A stretch of DNA of 48,796 bases. It comes from a virus. Shown here piece by piece: positions 38,245 through 48,085 of the stretch (the stretch's first letter is position 1; each line of letters starts with the position of its first letter). The position numbers and the translations under genes are program-made. Below the pieces are notes generated by a model, which did not search any database, had not been told where the DNA came from, and saw only the letters and a list, made by a program, of their open reading frames with translations. Location of the stretch: IMG/VR virus record IMGVR_UViG_3300014887_000003; one strand, given 5' to 3'.

Positions 38245-39141
38245 ATGCGAGTACCGTCAGCTATTGCAATTCTAATTTTGCTTACGGTACAAACAGCATA
38301 CGCATTCACTCCCGCTAAATACACAGACTACGATGTCAACAACGATGGCATGTTCGATATTTTGGATCTCACAGAAGAGGTTAATGCCATTCTAGACGGA
38401 GTAAATTACAGCTACAAGTACGATGTTAATCTTGACCTATCTGTAGACGTAATCGATCTCGTTATGATGGTTAATGCTCTACTAAACGCGTCTGATCTAA
38501 GTGCATACAATATACTAAAAAATCAATTGACTGAGATCGACAACGTGGAGGGTTTGCACCTGTTTAAAACAAAAACAGATGCCGTAGAAAAGTGGTTCGA
38601 TTGGTTCTGCAGGGTTCAAAACCACGAATGGTACACGCCAAAAATCAAGCCAAACCCGAACGATCCAAACTGGACTTATGTGTGCTGGGATTTTTCAGAA
38701 GATACCTCAAAAACGGCTTGGAAGAACGTAGATAACTTCGGAGTGATAGGGGTTGGGGTTACGATTGATGAAGATAAGATGCAGGGGCACGCCTACAACG
38801 TGTTCTGTGAAGGTGACTGGAGAGATCCAGAGAGCTGGTACATTCTAGAGCCGCAAAATGGTCACATATATAAAGCAACCAACGACAGTCTGCCATGGTA
38901 CTATAATATACACGACGGGTTCTACTTTGAAGACTACAAAAATAACACGATGTACGTTTTCACATACAACAAAACTACACAAAGGTTTGAACTTAAGCAG
39001 AAGCTTAACTACACCTTCTCAAGCGTACTAAAGCTCGGTATAGAGCCGCCAAATGGAAAGGGTACATGTAACTTGCTTGAACTGTGGTACTACTTGATAA
39101 CCGGCAAAATAGTACGCATTAACCCGGTTGTTATATCCTAG
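38245..39141 (+). CDS. Secreted dockerin-like (EF-hand) + transglutaminase/papain-like domain protein
   Basis: Signal peptide; YDVNNDGMFDILDL and YDVNLDLSVDVIDL; C(WDFS), GHAYN and LEPQ as a C-H-E triad. Confidence 0.75.
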   Translation: MRVPSAIAILILLTVQTAYAFTPAKYTDYDVNNDGMFDILDLTEEVNAILDGVNYSYKYDVNLDLSVDVIDLVMMVNALLNASDLSAYNILKNQLTEIDNVEGLHLFKTKTDAVEKWFDWFCRVQNHEWYTPKIKPNPNDPNWTYVCWDFSEDTSKTAWKNVDNFGVIGVGVTIDEDKMQGHAYNVFCEGDWRDPESWYILEPQNGHIYKATNDSLPWYYNIHDGFYFEDYKNNTMYVFTYNKTTQRFELKQKLNYTFSSVLKLGIEPPNGKGTCNLLELWYYLITGKIVRINPVVIS

Positions 39142-39240
39142 CCCCGTCCACACCCCACAGGAAGTTTTTGTATATCCCACAACCCACCGCCGATTCCGCC
39201 AGCTATTATTTGCTAAATCCGGGGAAATGTGGACGGGGCT
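39140..39240. repeat. 13-bp perfect inverted repeat enclosing 75 nt
   Basis: AGCCCCGTCCACA (39140-39152) / TGTGGACGGGGCT (39228-39240), between a stop codon and the next RBS. Confidence 0.75.
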
Positions 39241-39256
39241 TTTAGGAGGTGATTAT

Positions 39257-39643
39257 TTGGAGAATGAGGATGCAAGATCGGTAGATTACATACCACCATA
39301 CGAAATGGGTAGCTGCTCAATTACGAGTTTATTATTTGAACTGAATAAACTATGCATTGAAGTCTATGACAAGGGAAACAAATCAAAGAAGACGAAGCTC
39401 AAGATGATGAAAGATGAGCTGGCAAAGTGTATCAAAGAGCGCATGGACGGGCTTAAATCACCTGACGAAGTACTAGTTAGAATCATAAGATCACTGAACG
39501 AGTTCCTAAAGGAGAATGTGCTGCACACGATGACCATATCCATCGTACACGATGTGCTGAGCAAGATAACAATAGACTACTACAAATCCTCATACTCGTA
39601 CATATTTAGGATTTTACTGGAAGAGACCAAGAAAAAGAGTTAA
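39257..39643 (+). CDS. Hypothetical protein
   Basis: Likely TTG start after GGAGGTGA; in frame with track ORF 39128. Confidence 0.65.
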   Translation: MENEDARSVDYIPPYEMGSCSITSLLFELNKLCIEVYDKGNKSKKTKLKMMKDELAKCIKERMDGLKSPDEVLVRIIRSLNEFLKENVLHTMTISIVHDVLSKITIDYYKSSYSYIFRILLEETKKKS

Positions 39644-40263
39644 CAGTGCTTGTAGAAGCACACGTTAACAACGAGGTCTTCTCTCAGCTCACTATCACGA
39701 AGGTCTGAAGGTAAAAACTCCTCCATTATCCTGTCATAAATGTGCTGACAGACCGGATCCGTATGAGCCCAATCTGCGCTTGCAAGTGTATCATCTATAC
39801 CTGCCTCAGCAAGAATGTTTGCCTCTTTGAGGATCCTGTAGTCATTAATCCTGTGCTCGAACTTTCCACTACCATGACATCTTTTCCTCGGTTGATTGTT
39901 GCGCCACACCTCTCGGTTGAACTCGCGCTTTAGCCATGCTTTTTCGCTATGTCCGCTAGGAGTTCTGTTGATCCACTCAAGTCTTATGTAGTCAGCAAAC
40001 TCATCAACAAGCTCCTTACCAAGGTATTTTTCAGTTAATCTCTCGGAAAATGGCGGCATATCGTCTGTGTACACCGTACAGTGATCCTCTATTGCTTTTA
40101 ACTCAGCTCTGGGATTCTGTTTGAGTTCCCTATATGCGGTTGGGGGTATTATGCAGTGATCATCGGAGAATATGACATCACAAGCAGCCTTATCTCCCTC
40201 CGGTGGCTTCTTGCCACGCATATAATTAATACACTTGACTACGACAGACGTATCATATATCAT
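39640..40263 (-). CDS. PIN-domain ribonuclease-like protein with insertion
   Basis: MIYDTSVV, AYREL, NDYRILKEA and LASAD acidic motifs. Confidence 0.65.
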   Translation of the reverse strand: MIYDTSVVVKCINYMRGKKPPEGDKAACDVIFSDDHCIIPPTAYRELKQNPRAELKAIEDHCTVYTDDMPPFSERLTEKYLGKELVDEFADYIRLEWINRTPSGHSEKAWLKREFNREVWRNNQPRKRCHGSGKFEHRINDYRILKEANILAEAGIDDTLASADWAHTDPVCQHIYDRIMEEFLPSDLRDSELREDLVVNVCFYKHC

Positions 40264-40314
40264 TGCAAAATACTAATAAAGCACGCATAAAAATTTTTAG
40301 GAGGAGGTAGAGGA

Positions 40315-40647
40315 ATGACTTGCATACTCAACATAATACTGTCCTCAGTAGGCGGTGTAGCATTCTTTTACATTCTGTACACATACAACAAGAGAGGTAG
40401 AATACTTAACACACTATATGCAACTGTTGCTGCCGTTCTGGACACTTATCCAGTACTGTTTGGTGAAATGGCAAAAGACATAAACATTGCCGGAGCAATA
40501 CACGGACTCATAACACTTGCCGCATACATGTTTTTTGTGGTATGGATGGTCACGTACGATTACAAGGTTTACAGGTACTTCTGCATGATATGGGTTGCTG
40601 CGTACCTAAGCGGATATATAGCCGCTGCTGAAAGGTCGATAATATGA
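40315..40647 (+). CDS. Multi-TM membrane protein
   Basis: Four hydrophobic segments; GGAGG RBS. Confidence 0.75.
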   Translation: MTCILNIILSSVGGVAFFYILYTYNKRGRILNTLYATVAAVLDTYPVLFGEMAKDINIAGAIHGLITLAAYMFFVVWMVTYDYKVYRYFCMIWVAAYLSGYIAAAERSII

Positions 40648-40979
40648 CTTCTCGTGATACTTGGAAGAAATTCGAGCGTAAAGTCGCTAAGAAACTTGGT
40701 GGCGTTAGAACGCCGCTTTCTGGATCGCATAGCAGACACACAAGCGGAGACGTAATACACGACCGATTTTACGTTGAGTGCAAGTACAGGAGCAGGTTCG
40801 CCGTAGCAAGTATTTTCGATGAGGTAAAGAAAAAGGCAAAGATGGAAGGTAAGATCCCGATTCTGGTTCTGAAGCAAAGAAACAGGCGGGGAGAGCTTGT
40901 CGTGCTGGATTTAGATGACTTCGTTAGATTAGCAGTAAGTAAAAAAATTTCTAAAAAATTAAAAAATAATGAAAAGTAG
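40644..40979 (+). CDS. PD-(D/E)xK nuclease, Holliday junction resolvase-like
   Basis: WKKFERKVAK..SGDV..YVECKYR..LVVLDLDDF. Confidence 0.8.
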   Translation: MTSRDTWKKFERKVAKKLGGVRTPLSGSHSRHTSGDVIHDRFYVECKYRSRFAVASIFDEVKKKAKMEGKIPILVLKQRNRRGELVVLDLDDFVRLAVSKKISKKLKNNEK

Positions 40980-41190
40980 TAGAAAAATTTATAAAATATT
41001 TTAAACACAAAAAATTCATGCCATATATCAAAGACAAAGACCTGTCTCTCGTAATTAGCATACTTGAGCTTGCTCAAAAACAGAAAGAGCCCGAAGATAT
41101 AAAAGCTTCAATCGCTAAGTCCCTCGAAATTTTAAAAAAATATACATCCTCACGCTCCTCCCTTGATGAGCAAAACGATGGGAGAGGGGG

Positions 41191-41943
41191 GTGGAGGTGA
41201 GAACTCTGAAGAAGTTGATTCCGGTTTTGGGATTGTTGCTGATTGTAGCAGCAATTGGTACAGTATCAGCAGAGACCTTCTACATCAAAGTTAGCACAAA
41301 CGGATACGGTACCGGAACTGTTGTTGATTCTGTGAGTTACGATGACTTTGCGTTATCAGGTACGGGATTCGAGGCTAAAGACATGTACTTTAGATGTTCT
41401 CACTCAACAGTCGTCAACCTCGATGAGGGTTTACTAAGAGATACAAAGTGCGTTGACGTTGATGCTCACAAGCTTACGTCATTCGAGAGCCAGATCCACG
41501 TTGATGATATAGTTGACACGATGTTCGCTGTATACAATGCAAGAGATATAACAATAAACTACAGAGCTGGAGTGACTGTAGATAGTGAAGTACATGCATA
41601 CAGGAACATAGGAGTTGACGCATACAAGATTAAAACGGGTGACGAAGACTACAACTTACTCACAAGCGAATCTCTATTCAGTGGAGATGTACAACATGCA
41701 TTCGCAACAAATGCAAAGATGAAGAACGTCAGGTTTACAGTAGGCTCAAGCGTAACTTCAGACTTTGATCGCAATGGAATTATAACATACAACCTGCACT
41801 ACAACCCAAGCAAGTTCAACGGTGAGATGACTAATTCATTCAAATACTACGAGTACACCGGTGGCACATCGATAAGTGGTGTATATGACGATCTCGTATT
41901 CAACTTCAACGTTAGGGTGCCACTGATCGCTAGCTTGGAGTAA
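41191..41943 (+). CDS. Secreted/membrane beta-rich protein (putative structural)
   Basis: KK + hydrophobic signal peptide. Confidence 0.75.
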   Translation: MEVRTLKKLIPVLGLLLIVAAIGTVSAETFYIKVSTNGYGTGTVVDSVSYDDFALSGTGFEAKDMYFRCSHSTVVNLDEGLLRDTKCVDVDAHKLTSFESQIHVDDIVDTMFAVYNARDITINYRAGVTVDSEVHAYRNIGVDAYKIKTGDEDYNLLTSESLFSGDVQHAFATNAKMKNVRFTVGSSVTSDFDRNGIITYNLHYNPSKFNGEMTNSFKYYEYTGGTSISGVYDDLVFNFNVRVPLIASLE

Positions 41944-41988
41944 CTAAATTAATTCTATTTTTATTTTTTTATTAAACAAATTAAGGAG

Positions 41989-43011
41989 GTGAGAAATTTG
42001 AGAAGTGTGATTGCGTTCCTGATTGGACTCGTAGCAATACTGTGTATGTCAACTGGAGTACTTGGAGACGTACCACCACCAGTAAAGCACGTGACGGTAA
42101 CGGTTGATGCAACAATGGACGATACACGAACTCAGGTGAACATATTCGTAAACGGCGTAAATATAGACGACAAAATAGATGAGCTTCAGTCAGAGTACCA
42201 AATGCTGTACGAGGAGATGATCAAAGGCAAAATGGGGATATCTGACTACATGATGCTGTCAAAGATAAGAAATGAGCTGATAAACCTGTACAACACTAAG
42301 ATTGCCAGCGCCATGCAGAGCGGAAACGTGTCAGAAGTTAGAAAGATAGCCGACATGGAATCGAGGTTGCTCGAAATGCACGATGATGTCGTAACTAAGC
42401 TCGCATACGATATCTCCCAGCAAGAGAATAACAAATACGTAGACAGGGGTTGGTTCGATATCTACGGAAACCACAGAGACTTCGGAGATTCGGAGTACTT
42501 GGTTAATGACGAATTCGAGTTCAGGCTCGATGACTGTAAATCAGAGATTGGCAGATCTGCGGTGCTTCAAGGAGGGACGATTAAGATATACGGTACAATA
42601 TCCCTGTACAACTGGGGTACGACCAATCACCTCAAAGTAATACTTGCGGATCCAGACAGTAGAGTGAAACCTCAGACTATCATATCCACAGAGCTTGGAG
42701 AGGATGCGAGCAGCGAATTTGCAAGAATACACTGGATATACCCGACGCAGTTCGTAATAGAGATCAATACAACAGAAATGGTACCGGGTTTGAAGAGGAT
42801 TGACGTCAAATTCGATGGATACGTTGTATCATGTGTATTCGAGGTCATTAAACCATACATAAGCACAGAGAAGGTTGGACAGTTCGTTAAGATATACACA
42901 AACTACCCAGAGCTTCAGGTTAAATCAGGAAACACTACGAAAGTCGTTATCCCAATAGATGGTGTTGCTTGGGTAAAGGCTCCAGCTGAGATCGACGGCA
43001 TTGTATCCTAA
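41989..43011 (+). CDS. Secreted/membrane protein (putative structural)
   Basis: Signal peptide, helical then beta-rich regions. Confidence 0.75.
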   Translation: MRNLRSVIAFLIGLVAILCMSTGVLGDVPPPVKHVTVTVDATMDDTRTQVNIFVNGVNIDDKIDELQSEYQMLYEEMIKGKMGISDYMMLSKIRNELINLYNTKIASAMQSGNVSEVRKIADMESRLLEMHDDVVTKLAYDISQQENNKYVDRGWFDIYGNHRDFGDSEYLVNDEFEFRLDDCKSEIGRSAVLQGGTIKIYGTISLYNWGTTNHLKVILADPDSRVKPQTIISTELGEDASSEFARIHWIYPTQFVIEINTTEMVPGLKRIDVKFDGYVVSCVFEVIKPYISTEKVGQFVKIYTNYPELQVKSGNTTKVVIPIDGVAWVKAPAEIDGIVS

Positions 43012-43062
43012 ATTTTTATATCTTTTTTAGAGATTTTTTTAAACTGAGAAAGGAGGGTTAAT

Positions 43063-43404
43063 ATGGAACTTGAGGATGCTATCAAGTTTTGCAACAAATT
43101 AAACGAGAAAATTGATAAAGGAGAATGCATGAGTCTAGATGAGATTGCATTTCACTGTACAAGAATACATGGTGCGGTGGAAATCGTACACTCTAAGAAA
43201 ACACTAATAATGGCATGCACAACAGGGGATGGTCAAATTGTAATGTGTTCATTCGAATCGTGTGGCGAGAACATGTACAGGAAAATAGATTCGGTACTAT
43301 TGCCACCACTGCTATTCAGGCATAGAGTTTTGCGAGCTTACCACAAAGCCATGAATCTGTTCCTGATCAACCATGTTGCGAGTGACATTACATACATACA
43401 CTAA
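43063..43404 (+). CDS. Hypothetical protein
   Basis: GGAGGG RBS. Confidence 0.65.
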   Translation: MELEDAIKFCNKLNEKIDKGECMSLDEIAFHCTRIHGAVEIVHSKKTLIMACTTGDGQIVMCSFESCGENMYRKIDSVLLPPLLFRHRVLRAYHKAMNLFLINHVASDITYIH

Positions 43405-43433
43405 AGTGTAAGAATGGTAGTACTCCTATTTTT

Positions 43434-43809
43434 CTATTAGTTTAGATTCCAAATACTAAGAACAACTACTTCTTTGAAAACTTTTTTAGAAAAACTTTTT
43501 TAGAGTTAGAATATAGAATTATATCTTATATATACATATATATTATATATACATTTTAACTAGAAAGTCTTACTACTCTGTATTTATATTTTTCGCTTTT
43601 AGATATATAGATTATATATAAATAATCTACTTAAATATAATAGATAAATCTTTTATATAATCTAACTAAAACCAGAATACTCTTACTTACAATTCTCTAT
43701 AGTATTTGGAATCTAAACTAATAGAGAAAGGTCGGTATCAAGTTTAGTATTTGGAATCTAAACTAATAGCAAAACACTTAAGTATATTGAATAAAACATT
43801 CCAAATACT
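43434..43809. other. Putative replication origin: 25-bp inverted/direct repeats flanking an AT-rich unwinding element
   Basis: CTATTAGTTTAGATTCCAAATACTA (43434-43458); exact reverse complements at 43700-43724 and 43745-43769; partial copy 43798-43809; very AT-rich core; directly upstream of cdc6. Confidence 0.85.
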
Positions 43810-43823
43810 TTGGGGGGATGTAA

Positions 43824-45035
43824 ATGGGACAGAGACGAGAAGTCGATCTAGCAACCTTTTTTGAGGACAAAAGCGATATCTTCAAAATTCCACGTGTATA
43901 CAAGAACAGAGACGCACTTTCTGGCAATTTTATCCCGGACGAACTACCTCACAGGGAGGAAGAGCTTAGAAAAATTGCACAGTACTTGAGCTACGCAATA
44001 GCTGGGAACACTCCACCTAATTTGTTGATTCTCGGATCTACCGGTACGGGGAAGACCGTGACGGTTAAGAAAGTCATAAAGGAGCTGAAAAATTATGCTG
44101 GAGGAATGGTTGAAACGCTTTATACGGTTGTGGGAAGAACGCAGCAGCAAACACTAATCTTTCTCGGACAGCAGATGGGTGTAAGGCTACCGGCTAGGCG
44201 GGGATTTGACGAGAATTGGCGTAAGTTCAAGAATTCAATAGACGGGGATAAGAAAGTAATTGTTGTACTCGATGAGATCGATAAAATACTGCCTAGTTGT
44301 GATCTGCTGTACTATCTTACAAGGCAGCAGAACATCTGTCTGGTAGGGATATCGAATAAGATAGGAGTAATGGAAATGATAAAAGATAAGAGAGTAATTT
44401 CATCGTTCAACCCAATTAAGATCGTATTTAAGAGGTATAACTCCAGTCAGCTTGCTGATATACTGAGGTACAGAGCATCGATGGCCTTCTGCAACGGTGT
44501 ACTGGACGATGGGGTAATAAACTACGTTGCATCTCTTGCAGCTAAAAGCGGTGGTGACGCAAGATACGCTCTCGATTTACTTGCTTTTTCTGGTGATATT
44601 GCAATAAGCGAGGGTAGATCGAAGATAACCGTTGATATAGTTAGAAAGGCAATGAATGAAGTTGAAATCGAGTACATCAGAAAGAGCATAAGCGATTTGA
44701 CGGATCCGCAGAAAATACTGCTTGCAATAGTTGTTGCCTCTAACGAGAATTTATCACCGAGCGCGGTCTACAACATATGTAAGAAGGTCATGTTGAGCTA
44801 CTGCGGCCGGGATCTAACGTCATGGAGACTATCTGAATACATGAGCGAGCTCGATCTGCTCGGATTCGTGAGGATAATCAAAAAAGGAAGGGGGAAGGGT
44901 AAAGGGTTCTCGTGGTACGTTCAGCTCGACATGTCACGTGACGTAATTTTGGATATTATACGTGAAGAGCTGAACAAGATGGATATCGATTTTGAACACG
45001 TTGTTAAGCTCGTTAAGCTCGCTAAAGGTGGTTAG
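43824..45035 (+). CDS. cdc6: Orc1/Cdc6 replication initiator
   Basis: LPHREEE, GSTGTGKT, VLDEID, GDARYAL, C-terminal wHTH. Confidence 0.95.
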   Translation: MGQRREVDLATFFEDKSDIFKIPRVYKNRDALSGNFIPDELPHREEELRKIAQYLSYAIAGNTPPNLLILGSTGTGKTVTVKKVIKELKNYAGGMVETLYTVVGRTQQQTLIFLGQQMGVRLPARRGFDENWRKFKNSIDGDKKVIVVLDEIDKILPSCDLLYYLTRQQNICLVGISNKIGVMEMIKDKRVISSFNPIKIVFKRYNSSQLADILRYRASMAFCNGVLDDGVINYVASLAAKSGGDARYALDLLAFSGDIAISEGRSKITVDIVRKAMNEVEIEYIRKSISDLTDPQKILLAIVVASNENLSPSAVYNICKKVMLSYCGRDLTSWRLSEYMSELDLLGFVRIIKKGRGKGKGFSWYVQLDMSRDVILDIIREELNKMDIDFEHVVKLVKLAKGG

Positions 45036-47021
45036 ATGATAAGTTCTACGAATATCTGGGAGGAGTTTTTTGATAGGTATATAAAGGACGTTTTAATCAA
45101 AGATACCGAGTACGGTACTGTAGGGCGCGTTGACGTGAGTAAAACGCTGCTGGTGTTCTTTGAGAGCAGGCTATACGAGGATCTGGTAAACAACCCTGTG
45201 CCGGTAATAAATCATGCAAGACAGGCTTTTAAATGGGTCATAAACCGATACTACCCGTCCAGCAATGGTAGGGATGTTGAAGTGAGATTCTACAATTTAC
45301 CAATTAAAAGGAGGGTAAAGGATCTCAGGTCTCGACTCCTTGCGAAGTTCGTTGAAGTGGAGGGAATAGTAACGAAAGTAACGAACGTTTTCCCGCGAGT
45401 GACCAAGGCTATTTATCAGTGTACAAATTGTTCTAACCTCATTGAGGTGGACGTAGATGGCGACAATATACCAAAGCCAACGCAGTGCAAGTGTGGAAGG
45501 AGGAAGTTCGACCTTGTTGATTACAACTCAGTGGATTCGCAGATAATAAGCGTGCAAGACTACCCCGAAAAACTGAAGGGTGGGGAGAAACCGCGAGTCG
45601 TAAACGTAATACTCGATCGGGATCTCGTGGATGAGGTTGTACCCGGCGATAGGGTCAGGTTGACCGGTATCGTAAAGGCCGGTGTTAGAGGGGGTAGAAA
45701 GAACGCTTATCTCGACGTTTGCATAGAGGCCAATTGTGTTGATGTAATGCACAAGGAGTATGAGGAGTTCACGTTTACGGAAGAGGATGTACTGGAAATA
45801 AAGCGGCTATCTAAAGACCCAGAGCTTGTAAGAAAGATAGTCTCGTCAATCGCATCGACAATACACGGGTACGATGACATAAAGCTTGCGGTGATCCTTG
45901 CACTGTTTGGAGGGGTTCCGAGGACTTTTCCAGATGGAACAAGGAGGAGAGGAGACATACACATTTTGCTGTTAGGAGACCCGTCAACGGCAAAGTCTCA
46001 GATTTTGATGAGCGTTGCGAATATCGCACCACGTAGAATTATCGCATCTGGTAAGGGTGCAAGTACAGCCGGCTTAACAGCCGCAGTTGTAAACGATGAG
46101 GCTACAGGAAGATGGACTGTTGAGGCTGGAGCATTGGTACTCGCTGATAAGGGAGTAGCCCTGATAGATGAACTCGATAAGATGAGCAAACAGGACAGGG
46201 AGAGCATACATACGGCGCTTGAGCAGCAGATAATACCGATCAGCAAGGCCGGGATAAACGTAACTCTGATGTCGAGGTGCACGTTGATAGCAGCAGCGAA
46301 TCCCAAGTATACTAGATTCGACCCGTACGTGCCAATTGCAGATCAGATTGATTTTGACCCCGCTCTACTTAGCAGATTCGACCTGATCTTTATGGTAAGG
46401 GATGAGCCGGACGCGGACAAGGACGCGGCTATTGCAGATTTTATTTTGGAATCGTATATGTCTCCGAGCTCGTCGACTCCGGCAATAGACCCTGAGCTGT
46501 TGAGGAAGTACATTGCATACGCAAAAAAGAACATCTCTCCGACCATCTCCAAAGAGGCTGCAGAGAGGATCAAAGAGTTTTATGTAAAGATGAGGAAGCA
46601 CCGCAGCGGGAGTCCGGTGCCGATTACACCGAGGCAGCTTGAAGCGGTGATAAGACTGTCTGAAGCATCTGCAAGATTGCATCTGAGAGAGACCGTCACG
46701 GTAGAAGACGTAGAGATGGCTATAAGCTTGGTAGAGAAGAGTCTCCTTGACGTAGCGTACGACGTTCAGGAGCAAACAATAGATATCGATAACGTGTACG
46801 GCACTCCAAAATCTAAGAGAGATAAAATAATGACGATTGTAAAGCTGCTTGAGCAGCTTAGTACGGGGGTCTACGGAGCAAGTGAAGAGGATATAATCGG
46901 TGCTGCAGCTGACAGGGGGATATCTGCAAGTGATGTAAAGGAAATACTGAGAATAATGAGAGAAAAAGGAGACGTGTACTGTCCGAGGTATGGTTACTAC
47001 AAATTAACGGATCGAGTTTGA
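45036..47021 (+). CDS. mcm: MCM replicative helicase
   Basis: Zn finger CTNC/CKC, GDPSTAKS, IDELDKM, AAANP, SRFD, TPRQLE; no intein seen. Confidence 0.97.
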   Translation: MISSTNIWEEFFDRYIKDVLIKDTEYGTVGRVDVSKTLLVFFESRLYEDLVNNPVPVINHARQAFKWVINRYYPSSNGRDVEVRFYNLPIKRRVKDLRSRLLAKFVEVEGIVTKVTNVFPRVTKAIYQCTNCSNLIEVDVDGDNIPKPTQCKCGRRKFDLVDYNSVDSQIISVQDYPEKLKGGEKPRVVNVILDRDLVDEVVPGDRVRLTGIVKAGVRGGRKNAYLDVCIEANCVDVMHKEYEEFTFTEEDVLEIKRLSKDPELVRKIVSSIASTIHGYDDIKLAVILALFGGVPRTFPDGTRRRGDIHILLLGDPSTAKSQILMSVANIAPRRIIASGKGASTAGLTAAVVNDEATGRWTVEAGALVLADKGVALIDELDKMSKQDRESIHTALEQQIIPISKAGINVTLMSRCTLIAAANPKYTRFDPYVPIADQIDFDPALLSRFDLIFMVRDEPDADKDAAIADFILESYMSPSSSTPAIDPELLRKYIAYAKKNISPTISKEAAERIKEFYVKMRKHRSGSPVPITPRQLEAVIRLSEASARLHLRETVTVEDVEMAISLVEKSLLDVAYDVQEQTIDIDNVYGTPKSKRDKIMTIVKLLEQLSTGVYGASEEDIIGAAADRGISASDVKEILRIMREKGDVYCPRYGYYKLTDRV

Positions 47022-47035
47022 AGTGGGGGTTATAT

Positions 47036-47554
47036 ATGAAATCGAGGAGAAAATGGAGTTATGAGGAAGAATCTTTCATACTTGAGAATTATCCTTATAT
47101 GGGGCGGGAAAAAATATCGAAGATTTTGAATAGACCGCTCAGCTCAGTAGCACTTAAATTGAAGCAGCTTGGAGTTATGAAGTGTATAAGGTGGACTGAA
47201 GAAGAGGATCGGTTTATTATTGAGAACTACGACAGAATGAGTATAAAAGAACTTGCAGCCCATCTTGGGAGGACTCAGTACGCTGTTGTGAGCCACATAC
47301 GGATGCTGAGAAATAGAGGGATTATTAAACACAGAAAACGGATATCCAAGGATTGGAGTGAGGATGAGGAGGAGTTTTTGAGGAAGCACTACGGTATAAT
47401 GGATACAAAAGAACTCGCAAAGCTTCTCGGTAGGAGTACGTGTGCAATTAATACAAAAGCTAGCAGGATGGGGATTAGGAAACACTGGCACGGCAACATG
47501 CCAAAGTACTTGATTCCGCTGATGAGAGCGGCTGAAGAACGCTCTTTTTCTTAA
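47036..47554 (+). CDS. Triple Myb/SANT-like HTH repeat protein
   Basis: Three W(S/T).EE..F...Y......A..LGR repeats; ATG at 47036 after GGGGG. Confidence 0.8.
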   Translation: MKSRRKWSYEEESFILENYPYMGREKISKILNRPLSSVALKLKQLGVMKCIRWTEEEDRFIIENYDRMSIKELAAHLGRTQYAVVSHIRMLRNRGIIKHRKRISKDWSEDEEEFLRKHYGIMDTKELAKLLGRSTCAINTKASRMGIRKHWHGNMPKYLIPLMRAAEERSFS

Positions 47555-47847
47555 AAGGGAAAGAGGTGATGGTTTTTTGAGGATCAGGATTTTGGTCGGG
47601 TTTGATTACGAATTTGAGGGAGAAGATTTATCCGAGGTAAAGTATGGCGATCTGATGGATGAGATTACGAAGTTCTACAACGCCGTGAAGAAAAATTATC
47701 CCGTAAGAGAGTTTAGAGTCCTTTTCAAGGAGGTGGAGCAATGAAGAGAGAAATATTGGGAAAAGGGTGGGTTTACAGACACACAATGGCGGCATTTGTT
47801 TTGGGTTTTGCAATTGCAGCGTTTTCGCAGTGCCCGTAACGGCAACT

Positions 47848-48081
47848 ATGGTGCTTGTTGGTGGCAGACTTCTCTACATATCGGTAAAAGCTGAAAATGC
47901 AGACTGGGTATGTCCGAAGTGCGGTAACGAGGACAACATTCGCAGGAGCAGGTACTGTCCAGAGTGCGGATCGGAGATGGTTGCGGTTCTACGTCAGATG
48001 CGAAGGTGTCCAAACGGGCATAAGGTGTCCGAATTCGACAAATACTGCCCGAAGTGCGGAGCAAAAATAGATGGAAGCTGA
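47848..48081 (+). CDS. Double zinc-ribbon protein
   Basis: CPKCG, CPECG, CPNGH, CPKCG; probable ATG at 47848. Confidence 0.75.
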   Translation: MVLVGGRLLYISVKAENADWVCPKCGNEDNIRRSRYCPECGSEMVAVLRQMRRCPNGHKVSEFDKYCPKCGAKIDGS

Positions 48082-48085
48082 AAAA

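Noticed and set aside
485-47813. Numerous short antisense ORFs in the track (e.g. 3369-3977, 5321-5737, 34903-35379, 46365-46775)
   Set aside because: They overlap well-supported genes on the opposite strand or frame and are Ser/Leu-rich shadows.
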